A DNA stretch of 64,000 bases from Minisyncoccota bacterium (GCA_041661645.1 JBAZUA010000001.1:192189-256188), one strand, 5' to 3'; counted from the stretch's first letter, positions 1-8,948 are shown. Made by a program: numbers and translations. Notes: a model not told the origin generated them from the letters alone.

Positions 1-201
1 ACCTGCGTACGTCTTCCATTCGACACCATTCTGAGACCCCTCATTTTGAGAGGCCTTACCTATGGACGACTGTTGGTTTTGCGCTACGGGTTCAGCAGAA
101 TACCTATCGCTATAAATGTAGATCCCCTCGCCCACGACCAAGATTGCCAGAATGCCTATTATCAGGAACGGGACAGTGAGACCCCTTGTGAATTGTTTCA
201 T
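1..201 (-). CDS. N-terminal part of a membrane-anchored or secreted hypothetical protein; partial, continues beyond the window start
   Basis: ATG at 201 on the minus strand (MKQFTRGLTVPFLIIGILAILVVGEG...) gives a hydrophobic N-terminal anchor. The reading frame stays open to position 1. A TATAAT box sits 8 nt upstream of the ATG. Confidence 0.35.
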   Translation of the reverse strand, partial: MKQFTRGLTVPFLIIGILAILVVGEGIYIYSDRYSAEPVAQNQQSSIGKASQNEGSQNGVEWKTYAG

Positions 202-235
202 GTTTCTAAATTATATGACGGGACAATAACTCACC

Positions 236-727
236 CTAAAGAGTAATCCCGAGGAGTTTAAGGACAAAGGCCGCGAACGGATCGGCGGTAGGGCCATATA
301 CAATCACCCCGCCGAGAAGGCCCGTCAGAGATATCGAGACGAGGGCCACAAGTGCCATGACTTTCGGGAACCATCCCTCGGCGAGGATCTTTTTGAGAAG
401 GACGATGATTGCCTTGTGATATTTCACCGACAGATAGCTCGAGACCTCCCCCGCCAAGAGCGCGACATAGAGCCATGTGGATATTGCCGCGAATGTCGAA
501 TGCGCCTCCACGAGCTGACTATTAGCTCGCATGAGCTCTTCTGCTGTTTCACCCGTGGTCAGCGCGACAAAGGCCCCCAACACACCAAGGAAAAGCAGAA
601 TGCGCTCCGCCTGCTTCCATGCCACGCCCGGAAACCACTTTTGAAGCGGCAAGACCCTGATGATCGAGTATATGAAAAGCAGCGCTATTGGAAAATGAAC
701 GAAAATCGGATGAAGATTATATGTCAT
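236..727 (-). CDS. Integral membrane protein (DUF2231-like, four predicted TM helices)
   Basis: 163 aa ORF with hydrophobic segments (HPIFVHFPIALLF..., LFLGVLGAFVALTTGE...). It resembles the DUF2231 membrane protein family. No enzymatic motifs. Confidence 0.5.
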   Translation of the reverse strand: MTYNLHPIFVHFPIALLFIYSIIRVLPLQKWFPGVAWKQAERILLFLGVLGAFVALTTGETAEELMRANSQLVEAHSTFAAISTWLYVALLAGEVSSYLSVKYHKAIIVLLKKILAEGWFPKVMALVALVSISLTGLLGGVIVYGPTADPFAAFVLKLLGITL

Positions 728-750
728 CCGATAAGTATAGCAGATGGGAG

Positions 751-1611
751 TTAGCCTTTGTTTCCCGCAGGTCTCACCATCTCGACATAGGGCAGTTTGT
801 CTTTAAAGAACCGCGTTGGTTTATCTGTCTTGACGAACCCGTACTTAGAATAGAAACCGAATGCCTCTTTGTTAAACGAGAAAACATCCAGGTAACTGGG
901 CTTGGTTTCGTCTGACCAGGTCAGGAACTCTTTCATGAGACTTCCTCCAATCCCCTTTCCTTTGGCCTCATCAAGAATGTAAATACCCTCAAGAATGTTG
1001 GACGTGCCACTTTTGGAGCAATGTAGAAAGCCCACGATCTTGCCGTCATCATTTTTCACGACTCGGTACAGGGTTTTGTCGGGATTTTCCAAAGCTTCGA
1101 TGATGGTATTTTTTCTATATTCGGTATCGGTGGCAAGATAGCCCACCATGTCATCAACCGCTTTTTCCGTTAGGCCAGATTCGGGACCGACATAAGATTC
1201 CTTCCACGACCGTACGTGCATGGGGCCTATAGCAAGCTCGTCGCCCACTCGGGGAAACTCTATTGTGAATGTCTGCATCTTAGATTTGGTCACTTCGAGC
1301 TTCATTTTCAAGACATCGACAATTTCTATAAATTCTGTTCGCTTCACATCCCATCCAAAGTGTCCCCTGTCAGTATATTCATGATACTCAGTCCCCAAAG
1401 ATCTGTGAACATGTCTGGGTTCATCTATTGGGATATAAGGATCGTCCGTCGACGCGAACTGGACTATCCATTTCTGATTATCGCGGATCTTGTCCCATTG
1501 CCAGGGCTTATCGTAATAATGACTCTGCTTCTCGGCATCATAGCCAAGATCGGTATAGCAGGCGCCGATTAGAATTGACCCCAAAATCTTATGGCTTTCC
1601 GCATAGCGCAT
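751..1611 (-). CDS. GNAT family N-acetyltransferase fused in frame to the C-terminal part of an RBBP9/YdeN-type alpha/beta serine hydrolase
   Basis: The N-terminal half (GHSSGALAAM...DRGHFGWD) matches the YdeN/RBBP9 hydrolase fold. The C-terminal half (ILDEAKGKGIGGSLMKEFL...FGFYSKYGF) has the GNAT acetyl-CoA binding motif Q/RxxGxG/A. The hydrolase N-terminus lies upstream but is separated by an in-frame TAG (see pseudogene feature). Confidence 0.6.
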   Translation of the reverse strand: MRYAESHKILGSILIGACYTDLGYDAEKQSHYYDKPWQWDKIRDNQKWIVQFASTDDPYIPIDEPRHVHRSLGTEYHEYTDRGHFGWDVKRTEFIEIVDVLKMKLEVTKSKMQTFTIEFPRVGDELAIGPMHVRSWKESYVGPESGLTEKAVDDMVGYLATDTEYRKNTIIEALENPDKTLYRVVKNDDGKIVGFLHCSKSGTSNILEGIYILDEAKGKGIGGSLMKEFLTWSDETKPSYLDVFSFNKEAFGFYSKYGFVKTDKPTRFFKDKLPYVEMVRPAGNKG

Positions 1612-1689
1612 GGCGGCAAGGGCCCCGGAAGAATGACCTATGAGAACAGTCTCCTCGTCAGCGCCAAGCGACTCAATAAAAGGCAGCTA

Positions 1690-1833
1690 GAACTCCATGC
1701 GTGCCAACGCAGGGTCTGGATATTGTCTATTGATTACCTTAATCCCAAGCTTGGATAATTCACGCTCAAGATATGGATAATAAATATCGTTTGGCGTCGC
1801 ACCTCCGTTACCTGGTATGAGTATGACTTTCAT
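1690..1833 (-). pseudogene. 5' fragment of the YdeN/RBBP9-like hydrolase gene, separated from the 751..1611 ORF by an in-frame TAG at 1687-1689
   Basis: ATG at 1833 gives MKVILIPGNGGATPNDIYYPYLERELSKLGIKVINRQYPDPALARMEF, then TAG. The same frame continues LPFIESLGADEETVLIGHSSGA.... This is the contiguous N-terminus of the hydrolase fold. Confidence 0.45.
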
Positions 1834-1882
1834 TTTAAAAACCTTCTTGGTTACTGAATCTTAGTATTTCCACCCCAACACA

Positions 1883-2305
1883 TCAATAATCAAAAGGCGA
1901 GAATCCCGCGTCCACGAAGTTCTGGAGCATGTAGAAGAGCGGCTTGGGCAGTCTGTCCCATGCGCACCATCGCCACTCGTAACATTTATCCGGCTCGGCG
2001 ACCGTCGGGTGGCCCGAGTCGTAGTCTGCGACGACGAACAGGGTCACATAGTGCTTTTCGTAGGGCAGGTTTTTGTCATTCGTGATGGGGCCCATGCGAA
2101 GCCTTTTGATCGTGACCGATGCCTCCTCGAGGGTCTCGCGGTGGGCGCAGTCGAACACGTCTTCCCTGAACTCTAGATGCCCGCCGGGAAGGGACCACAT
2201 GCCGTCGCCATGCTCGCCCTTTCTCTTGCCGATCAGGATCTGCTTGTATTTGACGACGAAGACGGCGACTCCGACTCCGGGACGAAAGGATTTGGGTAAT
2301 TCCAT
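1883..2305 (-). CDS. NUDIX hydrolase
   Basis: NUDIX box GGHLEFREDVFDCAHRETLEEASV (Gx5Ex7REUxEExGU). The start was chosen at the internal ATG (MELPKSF...). The ORF extends to 2374 with an alternative upstream start. Confidence 0.7.
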   Translation of the reverse strand: MELPKSFRPGVGVAVFVVKYKQILIGKRKGEHGDGMWSLPGGHLEFREDVFDCAHRETLEEASVTIKRLRMGPITNDKNLPYEKHYVTLFVVADYDSGHPTVAEPDKCYEWRWCAWDRLPKPLFYMLQNFVDAGFSPFDY

Positions 2306-2377
2306 GGGGGAAGTATAACAAATCTCTCTGTCGGCAGCCTGGAATGATGCCGGAACCCGTTTAGAGGCCCACAAACG

Positions 2378-3013
2378 TCAATCTTGGACAATGAGGCCAA
2401 AAATCGAAGAGAGATAGAGTGCCTGTTCGATGCTGACGGTCAGGCCCTGGATCGAATCCTTGTGTAGGGAAATGTTCTCAATATTCGAACCCTTCAGGCT
2501 TACCCCTGTCAGCTTGGCCTGCGAGAACTGCGAATCTTTCAAATTGCAGTTCTGGAACAAGACATCTTTCAACTCCGCTCCTTGGAAGTCGGATTCTCCC
2601 AAGTCACAGTTTATAAATGCGACACTTTTCATTTTGGCGAACCTCAGAGACAGGCCGTTGCCCTTGGACTCCCTTATAACCACGTCCCTCATATTCGCCC
2701 GGGTAAGATAAAGGCCCTGCAAGCGGGTATTCTCAATTTCCACTCTTTCGAGAAAGATATTGTCGGCTTTCACGCCCGTGAAGTTGCTCTTCTTGATTAT
2801 CGAGTCGGTAATCCTCATCTCTGAAATCGTGGAAGACTGCAGCGAAAGCTTGTCTGCGGCGACTTCGTTGAAATCTAATTCATCAAGCTTCTTGCCTTCC
2901 AAGGACGCCTCACTGAGCGACGCGGATTCGACGCGGATTGCTAGTGATTCGCTATCGATAGTAGCCTCGGTATCTGTGACCGATTTATTCAATACCGGCT
3001 TGCGAATTTCCAT
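2378..3013 (-). CDS. Pentapeptide-repeat protein
   Basis: Tandem A(D/N)LxX-type pentapeptide repeats run through most of the ORF (SLRFAKMKSVAFINCDLGESDFQGAELKDVLFQNCNLKDSQFSQAKLTGVSLKGSNIENISL). The ATG is at 3013 and a TTG at 3022 is also possible. Confidence 0.6.
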   Translation of the reverse strand: MEIRKPVLNKSVTDTEATIDSESLAIRVESASLSEASLEGKKLDELDFNEVAADKLSLQSSTISEMRITDSIIKKSNFTGVKADNIFLERVEIENTRLQGLYLTRANMRDVVIRESKGNGLSLRFAKMKSVAFINCDLGESDFQGAELKDVLFQNCNLKDSQFSQAKLTGVSLKGSNIENISLHKDSIQGLTVSIEQALYLSSIFGLIVQD

Positions 3014-3022
3014 ATTGGTCAA

Positions 3023-3640
3023 TTAATGATTGTATTGCTCAGATTTAAAGACATGGGCTTTGTCCGCGGAAGAATCTTCCGACATGATAAGCAGGTCGCT
3101 GTTTCCAAAATGGAATTGAGTAAGCACCCTCCCCCAGTCTAGATGATAGTATTCAGCGTAAATCATCTTCCCTATATCGCCGTGGGAGACCAGCAAGATA
3201 TTTCCGGATTTATGTTTCGAAAAGATTTTGTCTAACAACACTCGCCCTCGTTTCATGAGATCCGGAAAAGTCTCGGCCCCTTCAGGATCTAGGAAGTAGG
3301 TAATTATCTCGGCTTTGATGATATTTGGCGCGCACAACTTCTCAATATCAGATATATTTTTTCCTGTCATCACGCCAAAATCTCTTTCGATCAAAAGTGG
3401 TTCTACTGTCGGTGTGGGTGAGCTTGTTGATTCTGAGATGATTCTTGCGGTCTCAAAAGCCCTGATAAGGGGGGAACTATAAACTGTGTCGAACACTATT
3501 TCTGCAGCCTTTATTTTGTTTGCCACTTCCTGAGCCTGTTCAAGACCTTTTTGAGTCAGCGCCTCGTCGCGATGGCCGTTAAGGATTCCTTCTACATTAT
3601 CCTTATTTTGTCCGTGCCGTACAAGATAAATTTTGAGCAT
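3023..3640 (-). CDS. Histidine phosphatase family protein (phosphoglycerate mutase-like)
   Basis: N-terminal RHG catalytic motif (YLVRHGQNKDN) and a later SHG motif (LLVSHGDIGK). Confidence 0.7.
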   Translation of the reverse strand: MLKIYLVRHGQNKDNVEGILNGHRDEALTQKGLEQAQEVANKIKAAEIVFDTVYSSPLIRAFETARIISESTSSPTPTVEPLLIERDFGVMTGKNISDIEKLCAPNIIKAEIITYFLDPEGAETFPDLMKRGRVLLDKIFSKHKSGNILLVSHGDIGKMIYAEYYHLDWGRVLTQFHFGNSDLLIMSEDSSADKAHVFKSEQYNH

Positions 3641-3782
3641 AATAGCAATTTAGGATATGGGTATATCATACCATTCCACCGAATGACTTGAGGCCACCTC
3701 AACTTGGTTGCCGTATAGTACGACGCCGGAACCTTCATTGGGCGGTCAGACAATCACGCAAATTGACATTTTCCTATATATA

Positions 3783-4292
3783 ATGCAATGTATTAAGATT
3801 CGTCGACGTTCGACGGATTCAAACAACAAACAGAAAGGAATTGGTTTGAAAAGACTTTATCTACCGCAAGTTCTTTGGCACAAATGGTTCGTCTTGCTGG
3901 CCGGTCTTAGGGTCAAGGGAATCCCCTTTTGGAGACTCGTGGTTCACGACTGGACCAAGTTTCTCCCGGTCGAATACGGGGTATACCGTCGGAAGTGTAC
4001 CGGGGGCAGATATTTTAAAGATGAGTGGGAGAAAGCGAAGTGGCACCACTATCTCTCCAACCCCCACCACTATCAGTATTGGATCAAGGATGGGGTTCCG
4101 GATCCGATGCCGGACGTGTTCGTCAGGGAGATGGTGGCCGATTGGATGGCCGCCGGTCGGAGCTATGAAGGGAGCTGGGAAATTCAGGGCTGGCTGGCTG
4201 AAAATTACAAGAAATTCAACCTACACCCGTCGACGCTGGAAAGACTCAAGGTCATCCTGTCGTCTCAGGGACTCGCCTGGCCAGAAGGCTGA
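3783..4292 (+). CDS. Hypothetical protein (Trp/His-rich; conserved segment WHHYLSNPHHYQYW)
   Basis: ORF with an AT-rich upstream region. I recognise no domain. It lies in a low-GC island. The start was chosen at ATG 3783. Confidence 0.4.
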   Translation: MQCIKIRRRSTDSNNKQKGIGLKRLYLPQVLWHKWFVLLAGLRVKGIPFWRLVVHDWTKFLPVEYGVYRRKCTGGRYFKDEWEKAKWHHYLSNPHHYQYWIKDGVPDPMPDVFVREMVADWMAAGRSYEGSWEIQGWLAENYKKFNLHPSTLERLKVILSSQGLAWPEG

Positions 4293-4321
4293 ATCCTCCG
4301 AATCATAAAAGAAACCTCAAG

Positions 4322-4356
4322 GCCTGTGACATAGCAATATGTTGCAGGCTTTTTTT
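4322..4356 (+). terminator. Intrinsic terminator after the 3783..4292 gene
   Basis: Hairpin gcctg-tgacatagcaatatgttg-caggc followed by ttttttt. Confidence 0.5.
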
Positions 4357-4457
4357 GTTGGTTGGCCTCCTCAGGGTAGAACCGCGCTCGTCTAAACCGC
4401 TTTATGGTGGTTTAGACGTTCTTTATCGTATTAAAACAACCCATCTTGAGCGATGTG

Positions 4458-4994
4458 TTATCTATCCACAGGAAACTCATCCTTGATCTCTGTGGCTATC
4501 TTCATTTCTAAGGCCTCAGTAGCACTGAGTACTTTTCCTTCAACTAGAATATTTCTTGTATCACCTTCTGGCTTTTGAAGTTCCGAGGCTATTATTTCAA
4601 AATATCTTTTGTCTAGCTCTTGTAACAGAGAGGTTGTTTCTTTGTGAACAGAAATCACCTGGGCTTGCTGGGGTCCACTATATGTTGGTTCATGTAATCT
4701 CACTCTACAATCTTTTACTAATGTGCGTTTAGTTCCACTTAAGAAAAGCACAAGTGCCGCAGAATCCACTTGCCCGAACCCTACTGTATTAAGCCTGATT
4801 TTTGATGATTTGATGAAATCATAGAAGCGTATAGCAGAATCAATATCACCACCCGTCGACGATATATAAAGAGTTACTTGGACATTAGGATTTGCGTGAA
4901 ATTGTTTGAATATCTCTATAATGGCAGTTCCGATGGTGCTTTCATTCACAGCGCAAGGTAACATGTACCAATATTTCATGTCTTTTGGAGGCAT
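4458..4994 (-). CDS. ClpP/crotonase-fold serine peptidase-like protein
   Basis: YISSTGGDIDSAIRFYDFIK resembles the ClpP-family segment INSPGG-V-AGLAIYDT. The gene is low-GC relative to the core genome. Confidence 0.45.
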   Translation of the reverse strand: MPPKDMKYWYMLPCAVNESTIGTAIIEIFKQFHANPNVQVTLYISSTGGDIDSAIRFYDFIKSSKIRLNTVGFGQVDSAALVLFLSGTKRTLVKDCRVRLHEPTYSGPQQAQVISVHKETTSLLQELDKRYFEIIASELQKPEGDTRNILVEGKVLSATEALEMKIATEIKDEFPVDR

Positions 4995-5201
4995 AGTTTT
5001 TTGTTGTAGATTAATAATTTAAGGAAGATAAACACACGCTTCTCATAAGCAGAATTATAACAAAAATTAATCAAAAGGTTGATTTTTGTCTGACCCATCA
5101 TTTTGAGAATTCTTGAGTGATATAAACTAAACTCAACTTGGTTGGCCGACCCGAGTTGGAACCATTAGCGGTCAAGACCTGCAATGTCGGTTTGTTACAT
5201 T

Positions 5202-5639
5202 TTATTGTACCAAATCGACGGGACTTGAGCGTTTGGCTCTTAAGTAGTTTTCCATCAGTTCAATGTCTTTATGATCCTTTGGACGATTGTATTCCGTCTT
5301 AAATTTAATCAAATCATCAAGACAAATAAAAGGTATACCGCTAAAGTATTCCGCCTTGCTCAACAATTCTTGGAGAGTTGGATTAAAATTTCTACAATTA
5401 ACATCTGTATATAGTTCGATGTCCCCTTGTTTGAGATATATTTCTCCAGGCTTGTCTGGATATGTGTAATGCATGGTTTTCCATCCTTTATTCTTGCACC
5501 CTTCGAATATTTCTGGGGAGACAACAATATCAATATCATGAATTTCTTTGAGTCCATGCATCGCCATGATTCCACTACCCACCACAACGTACTGGTCCTT
5601 GGTTAGTTTTAGATTTTTGACTTGATTAATTATATCCAT
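5202..5639 (-). CDS. Lnu/LinA-like minimal nucleotidyltransferase (Pol-beta superfamily)
   Basis: GSGIMAMHGLKEIHDIDIVV provides the GS...DxD NTase motif, with an HxDIDI core as in LinA. The C-terminal IPFICLDDLIKFK resembles LinA IPCISKEAQLLFH. It is low-GC. The ORF-track N-terminal extension overlaps the tRNA and was trimmed to MDIINQ. Confidence 0.45.
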   Translation of the reverse strand: MDIINQVKNLKLTKDQYVVVGSGIMAMHGLKEIHDIDIVVSPEIFEGCKNKGWKTMHYTYPDKPGEIYLKQGDIELYTDVNCRNFNPTLQELLSKAEYFSGIPFICLDDLIKFKTEYNRPKDHKDIELMENYLRAKRSSPVDLVQ

Positions 5640-5671
5640 ATATTTTAACGCTTCTCGAGCGATGCTCTTGT

Positions 5672-5746
5672 TGGTTGCCAGGCAGGGATTCGAACCCCGA
5701 TTACACGCCTTCAAAGGGCGGCGTCCGACCATTAGACGACCCGGCA
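5672..5746 (-). tRNA. tRNA-Gln (anticodon UUG), CCA encoded
   Basis: Manually folded cloverleaf. Acceptor TGCCGGG/CCTGGCA, anticodon loop CTTTGAA, T-loop TTCGAAT. A 3' CCA is present. Confidence 0.75.
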
Positions 5747-5769
5747 ATATAGACCGACACCCGCTAAAC

Positions 5770-6801
5770 CTACTTCCCCTCCCCCGCCACGTCAAGAACG
5801 ACGAGCTCGAGGGGAAGCTCCTTTATCGGCGACACGCCCACTTGGTCGAAAGCGCCGAGCAGGGCGCGAAGAAGCTTTGAGTCGACGACTGCATTCTTGT
5901 TTCCAACGACGGCTTTGGCAAAAGATCGATCCTCCTCGCTCGCCTGGCTGCGGGCATCGGACTCCACGTCCATCTTCTCGAGGAGGGCGAGACGGGCAAG
6001 AGACACGACGAGCTCAAGGAAGAGCTTGGGGTCGAATGACCTGCGCTTCACCTCGGCGAGGGCGGCGAAGGCCTTGGGAGCGTCGTGCGAGGCTAAGGCC
6101 AGCACGAAGGCGCGCACGAATTCTGATTTTGGCGCGCCGGTCGCCTCCTCGACATGGGCGCGGGTGATCTTCTTCCCCTCCAGGCCGGCAATGCCGCGTT
6201 CCAATGCGCCATGCGCGTCGCGGAATGATCCCTCGCTCACCAGGGCAAGAAGCTCAGCGGCGGCAGGCTCGATCGAGAAACCTTCCTTCTGTGCCACGTC
6301 CACTATCAAATCCTTCAAGGTATCAAGGGTCGGCCTGCGGAACTCGAACACCTGACAGCGAGAGACGATGGTGTCGGGCAGCTTGTGCGACTCGGTGGTG
6401 GCAAGTATGAAGACGACATGCTTCGGCGGCTCTTCCAAAGTCTTCAAAAGTGCGTTGAAAGCCTCTTTCGTGAGCATGTGAACCTCATCGATGATATAGA
6501 CCTTGTACTTGGACTCGAACGGCAAGGTGGAGACCGCATCGCGAAGGGCACGCACGTCGTCGATGCCGCGATTAGATGCCGCGTCTATCTCGTAGGTGTC
6601 ATTGGCACTCGTGCCGATGGCTCGGGCGAAAATTCGAGCGATGGATGTCTTGCCTATGCCACGGGATCCAGCGAACAGATATGCGTGGGCGATGTTGCCG
6701 CTTTCCGCCACGGCCGAGAGGGCCTTGACCACGCTGCCCTGGCCGATGATCTCGGCAAAGGTCTGGGGTCGATATTTCCGGTACAGCACCTGATGTGTCA
6801 T
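5770..6801 (-). CDS. dnaX: DNA polymerase III subunit gamma/tau (short form)
   Basis: YRPQTFAEIIGQ..., Walker A GSRGIGKTS, and LDTL...IIDEVHML clamp-loader motifs. Confidence 0.85.
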   Translation of the reverse strand: MTHQVLYRKYRPQTFAEIIGQGSVVKALSAVAESGNIAHAYLFAGSRGIGKTSIARIFARAIGTSANDTYEIDAASNRGIDDVRALRDAVSTLPFESKYKVYIIDEVHMLTKEAFNALLKTLEEPPKHVVFILATTESHKLPDTIVSRCQVFEFRRPTLDTLKDLIVDVAQKEGFSIEPAAAELLALVSEGSFRDAHGALERGIAGLEGKKITRAHVEEATGAPKSEFVRAFVLALASHDAPKAFAALAEVKRRSFDPKLFLELVVSLARLALLEKMDVESDARSQASEEDRSFAKAVVGNKNAVVDSKLLRALLGAFDQVGVSPIKELPLELVVLDVAGEGK

Positions 6802-6827
6802 GGAATGAGTATACCAGAAGCCGTGAT

Positions 6828-6853
6828 AAACGCCTCAATCGATTGAGGCGTTT
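6828..6853. repeat. Palindromic hairpin element AAACGCCTCAATCGATTGAGGCGTTT (copy 1 of 3)
   Basis: Perfect 13+13 palindrome. Related copies lie at 14648-14687 and 47648-47675. Confidence 0.6.
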
Positions 6854-6951
6854 CGGGCAAGAAAAAAGGCGACATGCGGAATGCACGTCGCCCGGGCCTG
6901 ATTGAGTCGCCAGCAAGTTATCCACGAGGGTACCGACGACAGACCCCAAAG

Positions 6952-7347
6952 TCAGTGGACGCCCTGCGAGCGAGGTCTCTTCCTGAGGGCCTCCGAAAGC
7001 GTGAGGCCGGGACCGAATTTCCTGCGCCTGGCACGGGCCATGGCAATGGGATCACTCAGCCTGACCGCAACCTTCTTCTGCTTGACCCGATACTGGAGAA
7101 TGTCGCCCTCGCCAACCTTGCGATAGAGGGTGTAGCTCAGCTGCCTCGATATCCTGCTATTCAGGATGTAGTCGATGACCTCCTGGCTATCGACCCGAAA
7201 GACATTCCTCTGCGCTGGCTCACCCGACGAGGGAATGACCGTCTTGCCCTCGCAGGCCTCCACCTTGTCGCCAAGACTGACAAAGGCGTCGTTCGTGAAA
7301 GCGTCGCCCGGCTCGAAATACCACGTGGTATTTGCTTGTTTCGTCAT
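6952..7347 (-). CDS. Hypothetical protein with a basic C-terminus
   Basis: Strong SD AGAGGAGGAAC lies 6 nt upstream of ATG 7347. Intrinsic terminators lie on both sides. No recognisable domain. Confidence 0.45.
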   Translation of the reverse strand: MTKQANTTWYFEPGDAFTNDAFVSLGDKVEACEGKTVIPSSGEPAQRNVFRVDSQEVIDYILNSRISRQLSYTLYRKVGEGDILQYRVKQKKVAVRLSDPIAMARARRRKFGPGLTLSEALRKRPRSQGVH

Positions 7348-7446
7348 ATGGTTGTTCCTCCTCTGTTGATGTGCTTGTTTCTTACCCATTACCCTACTCC
7401 TCTTTGGGGATTTGTAAACGGAGCGAGGTGCATAAAATGAAAACCC

Positions 7447-7480
7447 GCCATTTGAAGTGGCGGGTGGGCTTGAAGCCCTT
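7447..7480. terminator. Bidirectional intrinsic terminator
   Basis: cccgccatttgaagtggcggg hairpin, plus gggcttgaagccc hairpin and T-run on the plus strand. On the minus strand the first hairpin is followed by TTTTCATTTT. Confidence 0.55.
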
Positions 7481-7720
7481 TTGTTATTTTGGCGCCGTCG
7501 GATTAGAATCCGCGGTCGCCGGGGCCGGCGGTGTTGTTGGCGCGGATGGACATCCGGTCGTCGGTGATGACGCAATCCTTCTTGAGGAACGGAGGGCTGT
7601 GCGTTGCTTTCATAGGACGAGCAGGGACGGCTTCATGACCAAGACGTTAAGCGCCAGGGCGCATATCAATCAGCCGTTTTACTCTGCAAATACGATACCC
7701 AATATAATAAATATTGTCAA

Positions 7721-8734
7721 CTACCTCTCCCCTCCCAGAAAACCCTCGACCGTCTTCTCCAGATCTGCCGCGCTCTCGGCCTCCATGAGCTTCACGCGAA
7801 GCTCTTTCGCATGGTCGAAGCCATGCACGTACGCCTTGAAGTGCTTCTTCATGATGGCAAAGCTCTTTATGTCCCCAAGGAGCTTCTCGTAGAGCTTTGA
7901 ATGGTCGACGAGAACACGAAGCTTCTCCTCGAGCGTCGGAACGACGGGCTTGCCGTCCTTTGAATGAAGCTCCGAGAACAGCCACGGGTTGCCGAATATG
8001 GCGCGGCCGAGCATGACGCCATCGGCACCGGATGCCGCGGCCTTGGCCCGCGCGTCCTCCAGGTTCAAGGCATCGCCGTTGCCGATGATGAGGGTCGGGA
8101 CGCCCATCCTGTCGCGGATGCCAACGACCTCTTTGACATGCTCCCAGCGGGCGGGCACGAGGGACATCTCCTTGCGGGTGCGACAGTGCAGGGTGAGCAC
8201 GGCAACGCCCTCGGCCAGTATCTCGGGAATCCAGGTGGCTATCTCGTTCTTGTTGTATCCGATGCGGGTCTTGACCGAGACGGGGATTATCCTTCCTTTT
8301 GCGCCCATCTTTTCCGCGGCAAGTGCTACGCCCTCCTTTGCTGCGCGGATGACCTCCCTCGCGAGCCTCGGGTTCTTCATCATAGCCGCGCCCGCCCCCT
8401 GCTTCTCGATCGAGCGATCGGGACAGCCCATGTTGATGTCGATGCCGTCAAAACCAAGCTCGGCGGCGAGCCTCGAGGCCTCGCGCATCTTGTCGGGATG
8501 CGAGGAGAAGAGCTGTGCCACTATCGGTCGCTCCCCCTCGGTGTATTCGAGGTCGCGCTGAAGGACCTTTCGCCCCGGAGAGCAGAGGCCGTCGGCCGAG
8601 ACGAACTCGGTCCACAGCACGTGTGGCTTGCCGTGCTCGGTTATGACGCGTCGAAAGGCCGCGTCAGTGACGTCGGCCATGGGCGCGAGCACGAAGAACG
8701 GCCGCGGAAGCTTTTTCCAGAATCCCATTTCCAT
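7721..8734 (-). CDS. dus: tRNA-dihydrouridine synthase
   Basis: FVLAPMADVTD..., GFDGIDINMGCP... and the TIM-barrel flavoprotein Dus signature. Confidence 0.85.
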   Translation of the reverse strand: MEMGFWKKLPRPFFVLAPMADVTDAAFRRVITEHGKPHVLWTEFVSADGLCSPGRKVLQRDLEYTEGERPIVAQLFSSHPDKMREASRLAAELGFDGIDINMGCPDRSIEKQGAGAAMMKNPRLAREVIRAAKEGVALAAEKMGAKGRIIPVSVKTRIGYNKNEIATWIPEILAEGVAVLTLHCRTRKEMSLVPARWEHVKEVVGIRDRMGVPTLIIGNGDALNLEDARAKAAASGADGVMLGRAIFGNPWLFSELHSKDGKPVVPTLEEKLRVLVDHSKLYEKLLGDIKSFAIMKKHFKAYVHGFDHAKELRVKLMEAESAADLEKTVEGFLGGER

Positions 8735-8834
8735 GGGAAGAACAGTATCACGGAGCCAGACGCCTATCCTATTGACTTTTTTAAATAAATATGTAGATTT
8801 TGGATTGAACCCACCTGCTCTTCGCTACATAATT

Positions 8835-8948
8835 ATGAAAAATGCATATATCGGAATAATCACACTCGTCTGCGCGGTAGTGCTTACACTGGCCGCTATC
8901 CAAGTGCAACACCGGAATCAGAAAAGGCTTGAATCGGGAGACTTCTGA
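8835..8948 (+). CDS. Small hydrophobic protein (37 aa)
   Basis: ORF MKNAYIGIITLVCAVVLTLAAIQVQHRNQKRLESGDF. A strong plus-strand terminator at 9199-9230 supports plus-strand transcription through this region. Confidence 0.2.
   Translation: MKNAYIGIITLVCAVVLTLAAIQVQHRNQKRLESGDF

Noticed and set aside
46-246. 66-aa plus-strand ORF at the window start.
   Set aside because: It lies antisense to the better-supported minus-strand membrane-protein N-terminus (1-201) and overlaps the 236-727 gene.
5202-5795. 197-aa ORF-track call for the NTase gene, extending through tRNA-Gln.
   Set aside because: The N-terminal 52 codons are the complement of the tRNA-Gln gene and the intergenic spacer. The conserved NTase fold begins at MDIINQ (5639).
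7515-7613. 36-aa minus-strand ORF (MKATHSPPFLKKDCVITDDRMSIRANNTAGPGDRGF) between dus and the bidirectional terminator.
   Set aside because: No SD or promoter is evident and it has no similarity to known small ribosomal or regulatory peptides. It is too weak to call.
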